DNA of 63,995 nucleotides, counting the filler, from Folioceros fuciformis (Eukaryota), in NCBI GenBank assembly GCA_049999805.1. It is 5 parts of 5 records of this genome, joined end to end, with 100 filler letters (N's around TTAATTAATTAA, not from the genome) between each part and the next. Parts side by side here need not be neighbours in the genome. Positions count along the whole stretch, not along the records: positions 1 to 30,860 come from JBNGIO010005673.1; 4 more parts are not named here. One strand, 5' to 3'. The notes below the pieces were generated by a model. That model searched no databases. It had not been told where the DNA came from and saw only the letters and a list, made by a program, of their open reading frames with translations. The position numbers were made by a program, and so were the translations under genes. Shown here piece by piece: positions 11,420 to 23,504 of this stretch. Within the stretch, counting starts at the first letter, position 1, and every line of letters begins with the position of its first letter.

Positions 11420-12050
11420 CTCCGGCGCTGGAGGCGTGTTCAGCGATTTGGAGGACGAGGCCAATTCGAGCTGGAGGGCTGCTAACTGGGTGATGCGCCT
11501 CGCCATGGCAAACGATTTCACGATAGAGTCGGAGACAGGTTTACCAGGACGCGGACATCGACGAACGGCTTCAGATTTTGCAGCAAGGATGCAAGATCTC
11601 TACGTACGTAAACGAGTTAGCAAGAATGTGGTACAGGAGTACTTTGAGAAAGAGATGGAGGGCAGTTGGATTTACCTGAAGGGAGGCCGGACATGGATGT
11701 TCATCATCGGAGGAGAGGTGTCTCGAAGCGATGGAGGAACAACCAGTGTCTGCACAAACGGCCGAAGAATGCAACAAGGAGATGAAGATTTTGGCTATGC
11801 TGAGGTTCTGTGAGATGACTGTCACAACTCTGGAAGTGACCGATGCATTTAATTTCGACAAGCCATGCCGATTCTACAACACACAGAAGTTTCGGAAGGG
11901 ATCATGGCCAAAGTACATACTCGAACGATGGAATGCTGGAGATGTGAGTACAACAGATTTCGCTGCTACCTCGCAGGCGTTCAGCCGCTCGACGCATGTG
12001 AGGTCCAAAGGTTTCCTTGTGACTCACCTGCTGGCCCGCCGGGTGTGGAC
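11420..12050 (+). pseudogene. Decayed paralog of the vWA-alpha-kinase gene
   Basis: FSDLEDEANSSWRAANWV resembles FSGLEDVAKLSWQAASRV, MEEQPVSAQTAEECNKEMKILA resembles MEVQTVSAQMATEFNKKMKNLA, and DFAATSQAFSRSTHVRSKG resembles DYAATLQAFSHWTHERSRG. It has frameshifts and deletions, and catalytic residues are lost. Confidence 0.8.
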
Positions 12051-12478
12051 GAGGGTTGGCCTGCCTCGCACGCGTGACGCTCGTACATCTGAAGTAGAAC
12101 GAGGCGAAATCGTAAGCTCAAGAGTAGTTTAGCCTCAGTAAGTAGCCTTACCCAGTTGACGCAAAGAAGTACTCGGTGGGGAGGTTCCATCCTCAGGGAG
12201 TAAGCGCAAGAGTAACGCTGCTGGCCCCTGTTATAAATGACGCGAGGACAAGGATTGCGATCCAGTAGCTCAGCCTCCAGTGTTCGCAATTGCCGCAACC
12301 GGGAGGAAGGTCGACGTCTCTGCCACTGTGACGACGGAGGAAATATTCCTGGAAGTTCTAGCTATCTGGCGCGCATCGCGAAGCTATTGTGAGGCCAGCT
12401 TTGAAAAGAAGGCCCGATATTGGAGGCGGCTGCCGTCCCGGGAAACGACATCACCAAGCAGCAGCGTGAAGCCCCGAC

Positions 12479-13306
12479 ATGGCCAAAGCGCCACCAAAGC
12501 CAGTAGTGGAACCCAGCTGGGAAATGATTCCTGGCTATTGCAAGGCACGACAATTCACATTCAAGGTTTACGATTCCTTGGATGACCTTTTGGCCAGACT
12601 GGAATCCCGCATGAAGCTTGAAGTGGAAGATATGGCAACAGTCGCTGTTCAGGTTGATCCAAACCCGTTCAGTGACGAAGGGGCTAATAGGTGGCCGTTT
12701 CATGCGCGGGTAATGGATCTCTCGTCAGGGACAACGACTCCGATGGTGGTGAAGCAGTTCAAGGTCCCGACGCCCAAGGGCCTGGATAAGGAGCGATATC
12801 TGGCACAGATGGAGGTGCAAGTGGTGAGTGCACTATTGGCTGAAGAATTTAACGAGAGTACGAAGAACCTGCAGGGGGCGAGACGGGTGACGTTCTCCAG
12901 GGTCACAACTTTGCACGTGGAAGGTGCCTCCGGGGATCCGTGCAAATACTACAACCTTGAGAAGCCTCTCGAAGGATCATGGAAGAAGTTTTCCTCCAAC
13001 AGTGGATACGTGGATCAGTCCGATTACGCTTGTTCCTTGCAGGCGTTCACCCATTGGACCTATGAGAGGTCTAAAGGTCACCTTATCGTGGGTGACCTCC
13101 AGGGTGTGCGACTGGAGAACCCAGGGTCGGACGAGTTTTGGCTCAGTGATCCCGCAATCTACAGCAGAGATTTGTCACGCTTCACCGAGACGAACATGGG
13201 AGAATCCGGATTTCAGCTTTTCTACAAAACGCACCGATGCAACGATGTGTGCCGAGCGCTGAAACTCAATAAGGTTGGACTTGGATTGCATGGTAAACGC
13301 CAGTAG
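12479..13306 (+). CDS. Alpha-kinase-domain-only paralog, 275 aa; eroded vWA remnant upstream at ~12310-12478
   Basis: Uninterrupted ORF with PFSDEGANR, VVKQFK, LEKPLEGSWKKFSSNSG, LQAFTHWT, GDLQGV, LSDPAI, NMGESG and HRCNDVC. An in-frame TGA at 12467 lies directly upstream of the ATG. Confidence 0.75.
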   Translation: MAKAPPKPVVEPSWEMIPGYCKARQFTFKVYDSLDDLLARLESRMKLEVEDMATVAVQVDPNPFSDEGANRWPFHARVMDLSSGTTTPMVVKQFKVPTPKGLDKERYLAQMEVQVVSALLAEEFNESTKNLQGARRVTFSRVTTLHVEGASGDPCKYYNLEKPLEGSWKKFSSNSGYVDQSDYACSLQAFTHWTYERSKGHLIVGDLQGVRLENPGSDEFWLSDPAIYSRDLSRFTETNMGESGFQLFYKTHRCNDVCRALKLNKVGLGLHGKRQ

Positions 13307-14983
13307 AGTTGTGGATTGAGTTGTTGATTATGGGTTTGCTTCGCAACAGGGCTGCTCTCAAATTTTGCAGTCCATGTTTTTCCCAGTCGTCAGACCTCAC
13401 AGCATTTTTGAGTCATGCTGCTGTGAGTCACCGCGCCTCAATGCTTTTTTCAATCAGGTCTCAATTGCTGTACTGCCAAGGGAAGCAGTATTGTCTTTGG
13501 AATTAGGAGAAGCCGAAACGGTCCAATCTCCACCATGTGCTGATACCCGTTGCTTTTAATATGTTCTTGCATTTTTAATACGTACATCCCAAGCGTCAAA
13601 CGTATCGTGGTGAACGCTTAGCGGTTGTGTTGCGTGCACACCCTACGCTACGCTTGGAACCTAAATGGGAGATGTGAAACACGGTCTTGCGTGACCAGGC
13701 CATGTTGAAAATAAATTTGTAGTTCAATTGAAAATGTATCAATTGAGGTACAAATTCATTCATGACATGATGGGAGTAACATGAACTGCAAACAAGTTCA
13801 TTACAGCCCGTCAACGCAATTTCTTTCACTTTATAGAACTGTCTTTTCCTGCGAGCGAGGGCATTAGAGCTCACTGCTGTACTGCCAAGCAAAGAATATG
13901 TGTCTAAAGAATTAGCATATTTAGAATATTCATCCTAATATGACATGCATATGCGGACACCCATTCATTGTCTTTCAATTGGAATTCATCCCATGCTTGA
14001 ACCTTATAGTAGTATTTGCACATTGGTATGTATGACTGCACTTTGACATTGGTATGTATGACTGCACTTTGACATAGCAAGACGATGCAAATCAAACTTA
14101 TGGATTGTATTTTTCTTAAGTAGTCAATGGCATGGACTCCAACAACATGATGGTTTGTCATGAGGTCAATCCATAGGCTCCCATTAAGGTTGAGTGACAA
14201 ATAAGTAAAACAATTTGACTGAAGTTTATAGTTATTTATTCAACCTATGAAAAACATAAAACTTAATTTCTTCAAAAATATATGTATAGGGTTTACGAGA
14301 GCTCTAGATCTATATATGTAGTGAGGCAATCTTAGTCTTAGATATTTAATTCCTTGGAACCTTGTTTGCAACGATCCTTAAGATTGTGACAACTTGGATT
14401 TATGGTGTGAAATTAGTGGTAAGCTTTATAAAGGAGATCTACAACACAAAGAAGTAGACTAAACCCGAGCGCAAGTGGGACAGTGGACTCTCTTATCATT
14501 GCCCTCATTTGCAGCAAGACGAACAAAAAGGGTTGTAATTAATGCCTTATCATCATTCGAAGGGCTCAAGGTACACTTAAAGAAAATACAAGCTAAGCTT
14601 GTGAGCATGCTATAAAAAGCAACTACTTAAGGCACACTTTAAGAAATACCAACTAAGCTTGTGAGCATGCTATATAAAAGCAAGTTTGAATAAAGCACGA
14701 TATCAAAAATAGAAAGAAGGAAGGAACGGTGTGGTCAAATTACCAAGCTATAAAGTTCAAGCTATTTAAACTATTTTTATTGTGAGCTACAGCCAAACAA
14801 GAACCTCTAATATCATCATCATAAGAGAGGGATCTAGAGAGGCTCAAGCTATAAAGTTCACGCTTCTAAAATCACCTTTACTTTGAGATACACAGCCAAA
14901 CAAGAACCTCTAATATCATTATCATGTAAGAGAGGCATCTATAAAGGCTCAATCTTCTTAAAACTTTGATTGAAAGATATAGA

Positions 14984-15451
14984 ATGGAAGTCACTCTTGA
15001 AAATTCACAAGAGATGCTTATAAGGTTGACCCTTCAAGTGCATGATTCACTAAACCAAGCACGGATTGTGCAAAATGAAGCATGAAATTTGCTACGTCTA
15101 GTGTACGATAGGCAATCTCAAATTCAAGATGGACTGAATGACATGCGAAATGACATAGATACAATACAACCTCAATTGGAGAATCTTTCAAATGAAGTTC
15201 TAGGCCAAGGTGGGCCAGCTCTACAGCAACGCCAGGATTTTCTTCAATATTGTCGTCACAACCTTATTGAAGAAATTCTTCATTCCCCAATTCTAGATGA
15301 AACATGTAGTATATGTATGGAAACTCAAGAACAAGGTGATCATCGAATATGTAGGCTACTATGTTGTACACACATTTTTCATGAGAATTGCATTTTGCAA
15401 TGGCTTCAAAGACGGCAGTCGTGTCCACTTTGTAGGAGAACAATGTTTTGA
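14984..15451 (+). pseudogene. Intronless RING-H2 gene, copy 2, with a premature TGA at 15083-15085; the RING domain itself is intact
   Basis: MEVTLENSQEML...NEA*NLL...CSICMETQEQGDHRICRLLCCTHIFHENCILQWLQRRQSCPLCRRTMF. The stop replaces the TGG (Trp) of copy 1. Confidence 0.75.
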
Positions 15452-15738
15452 TCTTCTATGCAACTACTAGAAACACGTGTCCTTTGTAAGGCTTTTAAAA
15501 TTATTGCACCTTTTGTGATGACCTTTAAAAGTGTTACAAAGGAAAGCTTGCGTGAGAGGCTTAATGATCACTTCTATTGAGAGGCTTAATGATCACTTCT
15601 TTTGATGTTGCACTTTATTGTACGACATACTTTGTATAATTAAGCATAGATAATGAAAGAGTCAATTTACTACTTGATTTTTAAGGTCTAAACAACATTT
15701 GAAAGTAATTATGTTTCTAAGAATTATTTATTAGGTTT

Positions 15739-15901
15739 ATTATTATTAGTACTCTAGTGGTAGTAGACCCATTCACACCTTCCGGACCATGATATTTTAG
15801 GCTAAGGGTTAGCCCCCAGTATGCCATTCATGATTTATTCTCTCTTTAAGTAGATGGGTTTTCTTATCTTGGTTTTCGAAAATAAATATAAATCCTATTT
15901 C
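15739..15901 (-). mobile_element. Short 5'-truncated non-LTR retroelement insertion with a (TAA)n tail and 12-bp TSD
   Basis: Absent from module copy 1. Flanked by TTTATTAGGTTT at 15727-15738 and 15902-15913. The minus strand ends ...AGAGTACTAATAATAAT. Confidence 0.6.
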
Positions 15902-16359
15902 TTTATTAGGTTTTTTTTTGTCTTGAATCCGGTTTGAATTTTGGGTTTTTTGAGGTTTAGAAATGCACGTAACTAGGGATTCGATTTGCAAGCATGTCGT
16001 CATTAACCACCCTAGATGGGCGACAGTGGCTAAAGCAATAACCAAAGTGCATTATTAAGTACTATACTTGTAGGACAGGCATGTTGTCATTACCCTTGCC
16101 TTAGACCTCAAGTCCCATAGGGGCCATAGACAAGGCCTTTTAAAGCTCATCCAAGAGTGTGTAAACGCATATCATAGTCATAGAAGTGGGGTTTTTTTCT
16201 CATTTCTTGGTGGCACCCTTCGCTGACAAAGCATCTCCATCACTTTGTAAAAGAAGTTGCACTTTGGTTAACTCCCTTTTTTGGCAGTGGTTATAGGTTA
16301 CATGCATTTGTTATTTCACAATATATATCATGATATTTTGGGAACAATAAGTAGCTTTG

Positions 16360-18070
16360 TGTGGGCAAGCGGGTATGGTATCCTACTAGGCACTCGCTCA
16401 CATGTACTGTGGCCACATCAATCCCACGGTCGTTGTAGGCTTCCCCGGAATCGCTCCTCTCTGAGCTTGGTCAGCTACGTCTCTCGTTCCCCTACAATAG
16501 TCAACACTCCCAATCATGTACCTACCAATCCTGCAACACGTCCAGATAGTGGGAGGTCACCATCCCCTCATTTAGAAGGACCCCAGTACTCCCCTCTACC
16601 GATTTCTACCTGCTTACACTCAATACCCTTTCCTCACAAGGCTCCCTATGACACCTTCCTCAACCCAACAATTTAGCTACTCGTCTCGCTACATCCAACG
16701 ACCAACAAGTTTTCCTTCGAGCCTGGTCAGCTCCCTCCAATTGTGTTTATCGTTCACCTGCGACATTCAAACTTCCCTAGCGCGTACCTTCAACACGTCC
16801 AGTCAGTAGGAAGGCACCATTTCTTCACTTGGAAGGGCCCTAGTACCTCCCCCTACCTACACCCAATACCCTTTCCTCACAAGTCTCCTTACAACACCTT
16901 CCACAACGATCCAACTGCTCGTCTCCCTATGTCCAATGACCAACAAGTTTTTCCTTGGGCCGGTTGCTATGTGCATGTGCCTGTTAGCGAGAACTTCAAG
17001 GGAGTCTTTCCCTAGAGTCTACCCTCAAGCCAACGGTCACACAAGTATTCCCACACACCTACAACAGCACAACAACCATTCACAAGGGAAGCAACTTGCA
17101 GGGGTGCCCATGGAAGAATATGAGCCCTTCGCCAAGCACTTCGACCACTGCAACATTAGCCACAACCAAGTGCTGTGATGGCACACAACTGGCAACGAGA
17201 TTCCTACGCTCTGCTAAGCATGAGAATTCACCATGAGAAGAGTGTAGAATGTGGTGGTTCATTTCTTTGTGTAGCCTCTCCTTATAGGAGAGATCGACAC
17301 ATGAACCCTCTACTACATGTAGGTGGTGGGCTACCCTTCTCTCCCACTAGGCACCACCAACTTTAATTGTGCACACCTACCAAGAGGCTAAGTCCTACCA
17401 ATAATTGCTAGGGTAGTGCGCACCGCTGAAGATAAGGATTGTTGGCGCTGCCATAGAAGATTTGTTGACCCTCTCTCCAAAACATTGTGGCTAGGACTGC
17501 TCTTGAAGGGAGGCAGAGTCTAAAGGTTGAGCTATTGGGCCCCCCTCCATTATTGGGATTCGTCTTCTTTTGGATCCACGAACTTCCACTATACCTTCCT
17601 CTATGTGGATCTCTTGGGATATCCCTTCACCACCACCTACAGGTTTGGTAGGGAAGGGATCCACTTGTTCTTCAACTTGAGGTTCCTTCCCTACGTAGGG
17701 TGAGGATGTCCCCTTCGTAGGTGGGGTCCCTATTGCTCCCTTCGTAGGTAGGTTCCCTACCCCTCTTCTCGTAGGTAGGTTCCCTACTCCTCCTCTCGTA
17801 GGTAGGTTCCCTACTATTCCCACCCATTGTCGTAGGTAGACTGCCTACCCCACTACCATAGGTGGGGTGTCTACCGTATAAGTACCTTCCCTACCTACGT
17901 AGGTATCTTCCATTTTCTCCACGTAGGTACTCTCTCAATGTATGTAGGTAGACATCGTACTACCTAGGTATCTTCTTATCCTAACCTACCAAAATAGAAC
18001 TAAAAAAATCCATAAAAACCTTCACCAGTCGCTCACTACCTACCATGGGCACTTGCCCAGAAACCTACCT
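16360..18070 (-). mobile_element. Internally deleted Gypsy-like retroelement 3' part (C-terminus of the accessory ORF plus putative 3' LTR); inverted relative of 19130-22868
   Basis: Peptide YVGKEPQVEEQ...GSKRRRIPIMEGGP is shared with 21382-22185. DNA similarity to the reverse complement of 21920-22868. A purine tract precedes the putative LTR, which ends ...CTTGCCCACA at 16360. Confidence 0.6.
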
Positions 18071-18395
18071 TCCACATACCTCCCTTTGAACTGTTCTGAA
18101 CAAAAAGAAACCAAGTTAGACTTTCCTTACCGATTACCAAACTTTTTCGTTCCACACTTGGGAAAGATATTTGAGGGTGGTAGTATTAGTCCCCTTTTGG
18201 CCTTTGACCATCTTTGGGTTGTTCCTCCTCATCTTTGGAGTAGATGGAATTTTTTATCTCTTTTTCAATAATATATATATATTACTTCTTGAGAATGATA
18301 TTTATGAGTCTTATATCTAGTAAGCCTTTTGTTATTCCACATCACCGATATTTCCCCTTTTGGTCTTTGTTCTGCTCACTCCTCCTATCTTTCAA

Positions 18396-18525
18396 GTAAT
18401 GGGACTTTCCATCTCTTTTTCAGTAATAGAAAATAACAAATAACTTATCTAGGAGATAGGGTAATGGGACTTTCCATCTCTTTTTCAATAATAGAAAATA
18501 ACAAGTAACTTATCTAATGAATAGG
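18396..18525 (+). repeat. ~65-bp tandem duplication
   Basis: GTAATGGGACTTTCCATCTCTTTTTCAxTAATAGAAAATAACAAxTAACTTATCTA occurs twice. Confidence 0.8.
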
Positions 18526-19129
18526 GTTTAGGGTGTGGTGCTCCAAAATGACTTGCCTCATGTTGCTTCAGTTATGTTCTTTTACCATCTACAAGCAACC
18601 CACTTGTAGGCTCTTTATCACTTCCACAAGGCATACAGTTGAAGTGTTATAAATTTGACAACCAACCACGATTGTGTGGTATTGTGAGAGAAATAAAGTT
18701 GCTTGCCTAATTTCATCCAATGCTTCAATAGTTTAGAATTTTCCATTTCTACCATGTATAGCACTAGATAAGCGCTTTTTAATAACCATATGGCTGTAGC
18801 TAAGCACAGTCTTCTCTATAGCCTTTGCAAGGACTTAAGTGTGAGGGAAGGGATCAAAGAATGAAAAAGAAGGATAAATCTTCAAGAAAATGTCTTAGTT
18901 TCTAAGTAGTTAAGAAAGGTGTTGGTTCTCTAAGAAGTCCAGTGTTTTAGAAGTTGCCTGAATTGAAAGGATCTCTTCCTTTCAATAAGTATAGAGTAAC
19001 ATTTCACTAATGTGAACCTCTTCACTGACACAATCTTAAATTTGGTGTTCGTTTGTTGGGTGTGGTGGTAGGCGGACTTTTTCATCCTCCAGAGCAAGAA
19101 TTGCTTATTGCTCTTGTGGAATGCGGGTT

Positions 19130-22100
19130 TTTGGCAAATACCCGCAGTAGGTAGGGAGCGGCTAATAACGTTTGGTCTTGGTTTGGTAGGTTAGATGAGT
19201 GGCGATAATAAGGGGTAGTATTATAAAGAAGTTACCTTCTTTGGGATAGCTACCTATAGGGAGGTATGCCCACGTAGGGAGGATATCTCTGTGGGAGGTA
19301 GTACCCAAATAAGAAATATAGTTGTGAAGGGCAAGCTACCTACAGAAAAGGGGACACCTATGTAGGGTATTTATTAAGGGCAGTTACTACATATAGAAGT
19401 ATACCTACGACAAGAGGGTATTTAAAGAGGTCCCTACCTAAGGTGTCCCATCAACGAAGGGTGCTCACCTCCACGTAGGGAACTACATCTACCTACATAG
19501 CGGGGAATAAGGAAGTAGTTGTGCGACAAGACACCTACGTCAGGGACCTACTTGTTGTGACCAAGCGGACTCAAAGAGAGAGAAAGGGCTTTGCTGTGGT
19601 GAGAGCCATAGGAAGAAACGTGCAAGGGACGTGAAATCAGCTGCACAGAAGCTGGGAGCAGTTGCCAACGAAGGTAGGGGTATAACCTTGCGAAAAGGAG
19701 GGCAACCGACATTCCTGGGGTTTTCTTCCATCAATTATGGCGCGGACCTCCAACAATACTTAGGTGGGTTCCGATAGTAGGGGACGACCCACGAGGGTAG
19801 CCAGCTCTCCCCAAACCAATGTTCCGTCCTTTTCTTGCTTTGGGGGCCAATTGAACTCAAGGGATTTGATAGACCTACGGACTTGGGCATGTGACGCAAA
19901 CATCCAGCTTGACTGGATATATGGCAGACACTGGTCGTATGTTCATGAAGGCTTGGTGAAGGAGTGCTATACCAACCTACAGCAATCGAAGGAGGAGTTG
20001 GAAGCCCTACCTATACGAAACGCGAGGACTAACCCTCGGTGTTGGACTGTTCGGAGCATCCGACAGGTGTATGGTAGGTCGGAAGAGGAGAGCGATGGTA
20101 TTGGGATCCTGGATAAAACCATAGATGGGCGGAGGTCCAGCACCACCCTACCATCTGGGGCACTAGAATTGCTGTTGGGAGGAGAGCTAGCGAAGAACCA
20201 AGAATGGGTGGAGGACTGAGAGGATCAAGGAGCTCAAATGGCGGTTGTTCACTAAGGTGGTTCTTGGATTGGTCAACTATCAACACACCTCATATTTCAG
20301 CAATGCTTTCCTCCACTTCCTTTGGAGAGTGACTCAAGGAGCCAAGCCAAACTTGGGGTTAATTATGTATGAGGCGTATACCTACCACAAGGAGAAGTTG
20401 CTCAAGCTGAACGGTAGGGAGGGGGGGAGTGCACGTCCTTGCTACCTCTCGACTTACTTGGTGCACTTATGGAAGACAGAAGGGTTGTTAACACAAGAGG
20501 AGTTGGAGGAGGCGGAACAACCTTTTGTAGTTGTCCCGTTGCAGGGGGAGGCTTTTATTTCCGGTGGAGTGTTGACCCCTCTTACGGATGAGGAGTCCCC
20601 ACTTGATTCTGAATCCGCCATGGTGGCAGCCTATGATGAGTCTGATGAAGATGACACCCCGTTGATACGGAGACCTAGGGAGCAGCAAAGGGACTGAAGG
20701 CTACTATCAGTCACCACCCCCGCAGCCCTAAATTCTGCCCCAACTGAGATGGAGACAGTGAGGGATCGTGGACCAAGCCAGCCAATAGTTGAGGTAGGGT
20801 ACCAGGTAGAGGATTTGGCGATGACACCAGTAGTGCAAGCACACAGTGGAGCACCAGATTTGGGGAGAAGGAGCCCAATGAATTGGGAAGCAGCCCGAGG
20901 AGCACACGCCACAAGCCAAGGTAACAATACTTCGTTGGGGGTGTGGAGCAACATCATTCAGAGTGGCCAACAGCTACAACACATCAATTGGGGAGAGGCC
21001 CGTGCAATGATTGCAACCCTACTACAGGAGGACATAAGTCGGGATGCAAACCAGGCACGACTAGAATCCAAAGTGCAAAAATTGGAAAAGGAGCGAGAAC
21101 AGTATCTCCTCAAGGATGGTGAGCAAAGGCAAGGACTGGAGAAGTTGACCCAGCAGGTGACCACGTTGCAAACTTCCCAACAAGGTTTATCACATGAGAT
21201 CATTGCATGTCGAAGGGACCTCGCCCAGTCTGAGGAAACTAGGAAGGTAGTGGAGGAACAGCTACGGGAACAAGTCTACGTTGCAAAGGATTAACAAGGC
21301 AAGCTAGATGAGTTGGAGGCACAGAATGCTAAAGCGAACCAAGAACTCCAGCAACGACTTGAAGCAGGGCAACGAGAGTGAGTGGAGAGGGAACAATTGA
21401 CCATCCAATTAAAAGACCTTCAGCAGGAGAAAGCACAACAAGAATCTGAGCATCAGACCAAGATTCACAAGATGCTGGTGGTTCGAGCTCGTAGGTTTCG
21501 TGCTGACTATGCCTACTTGACGGGGTGCATGACCAAGCTTCATGCAACTCATCAAGAAAACCTTGACCTACAGTTGAAGGAAGGGGCGATGGAGGCTGAA
21601 CGGGATATCTACAAGAGTAGATGCGAGGGTGGGGATTGGGTTGTTGACATGGATACCATAGATCTAGCTCAACAGAATCGCAACCTCCACCTACACCAAC
21701 GTCTACTCGCTCATCACAAGGAACTGGCAGCATTGGCAAGGCGAAGGTATCTTGGGCCACATGATGACGACCGTGAGGCCCTGGAGACAGTGCCCCTACC
21801 AACAGACTTTCAAGAGGACAACAGTATGGACTTGGAGCGCTCGCAATGGGAACCTGAGGAGCTGCTATGGGCTAGGAAGAGCACGCAACAAGGGGTACCG
21901 GGAGGGGTAGGGGACCTACCTACGAGAGGAGGGGTAGGAATGGTAGGTACCCTACCTACGGAGGGAACATTCCCACCCTACGTAGGGAAGGAGCCTCAAG
22001 TTGAGGAACAAGGGGAACCCTCCCCTACCAAACTTGTAGGTGGTGGTGAAGGGATAGCCCAAGAGATCCACATAGAGGAAGGTACGGTGGAAGCTTGTGG

Positions 22101-22868
22101 ATCCAAAAGAAGACGAATCCCAATAATGGAGGGGGGCCCAGTGGCTCAACCTTCAGACTCTGCCTCCCTTCAAGAGCCATCCTAGCCATACCTTTTTGAA
22201 AAAGGGGGTCAACGAATCTTCTATGGCGGCACCGACAATCCTAATCTTCATCGGCGCGCACTGCCTTAGCAACTATTGGTAGGTCTTAGCCTCTTGGTAG
22301 GTGTGCGTAGTTAAAGCTGGCTGCGGCTAGTGGTAGGTAGGAAGCTGTCTGCCATCCTATATAAGTAGAACGAAGAACTTGAGCCAGAGGCCCCCGTTCT
22401 TTGATTGTAAGTGTTTCGTGACGAATAGAGAACTAATCTTCGTAAGCCAGCGTGGACATCCTGGCGGAAGGGGGAGCTGCGAGTGCCCTTTCTGTTGCTG
22501 ATCGCAAAGGTTCTTGTGATGTTTGGTTGGGAGTCTTGAACGTAGGGAAACGTGGAGTTGGATCGTGTAGAAGGTGTTGTGAGGAGACTTGTGGGGAAAG
22601 GTGCTGGGCGTAGGTAGTTGGAAGTTGGTAGGGGAGGTACTGGGGCCCTTCCAAGTGAAGGAATGGTGTCTTCCTATTGATGGGACATGTGGCCAGATTG
22701 GTAGGTACGTGGTTGGGAGAGTTGACTAGTGTAGGGGAGCAATAGATGTAGCTGACCAGGCTCAGAGGGGAGCGATTCCGGGGAAGCCTACAACGACTGT
22801 GGGATTGATGTGGCCACGATACATGTGAGCGGGTGCCTGGTTGGGATACCATTCCCACTTGCCCATAG
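19130..22868 (+). mobile_element. Gypsy-like retroelement 3' half: disrupted accessory ORF (~19735-22185, N-terminal plant-transposon-protein-like region plus long coiled coil) followed by a putative LTR
   Basis: Consecutive ORF pieces are broken by stops/frameshifts (EGLVKECY...WTVRSIRQVYG; YLSTYLVHLWKTEGLL; heptad-rich LESKVQKLEKERE). Purine tract GAAAAAGGGGG at ~22198, TATA-like CCTATATAAG at ~22356. No gag-pol seen. Confidence 0.55.
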
Positions 22869-23504
22869 CTCTTGTAGCTGGTTGGCAAGTGTGATTTATC
22901 TTTCCTTTTTAGGAAAAAATGAGTCAATTTCAAGGAGAAGTTTGGAATGAAACCCTGCACTTCAAGGTAGTAATACTTTTAGATCTTCTTCTCCTTCCAT
23001 AATCTATCATCTTCTTTAGAAAAAACACCACAAATTTTAGACTAAAGTACTATGATTACTATACCCATGTTCCACTCTAGGGGACTTTGTCGAGTACCTT
23101 ATCTAAGAAAACAACCCTTAGTTATACACGGGAGATCATTGCAACATCCAAGTATTCCACTGGACTTTAGGCAAGTTAGAATGGGGAGTTAAATAGTTTC
23201 TGCACCATAAATATTGTAAAGCCTAAAAGGTTGGGTTGAACATAAGTAAAATTGATTGAAATATGTAACAAAGGTTAAACACCCAAGGTCAAATCAATAC
23301 TTAGATGGGCACCTATTTCGAAAAGCCTTTTTTCTTCAACTCTTTTGGCATAAGACACCCATGCCCCCTCTCCCCCTTGCCCCCATAGGACTTGTGGCCA
23401 TGTCCCCCTCCACAAGACATTTGGTGGCCTTGTCTCTCTCCACCAAACGTCCAGTGTTGCACCGGGATGTCTGTCCCCTTGTTTGATGTTCTGCTCTAGT
23501 GCAC

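Larger units (their letters stand above)
13930..15960. repeat. Copy 2 of the direct-repeat RING/OB-fold module
   Basis: Collinear with 5620-7230. Carries extra segments at ~14214-14370 and 15739-15901 and small local duplications. Confidence 0.85.

Noticed and set aside
18524-18533. GGGTTTAGGG near the centre of the inverted structure
   Set aside because: Only about 1.5 telomere units; too short to distinguish from chance or a telo-box.
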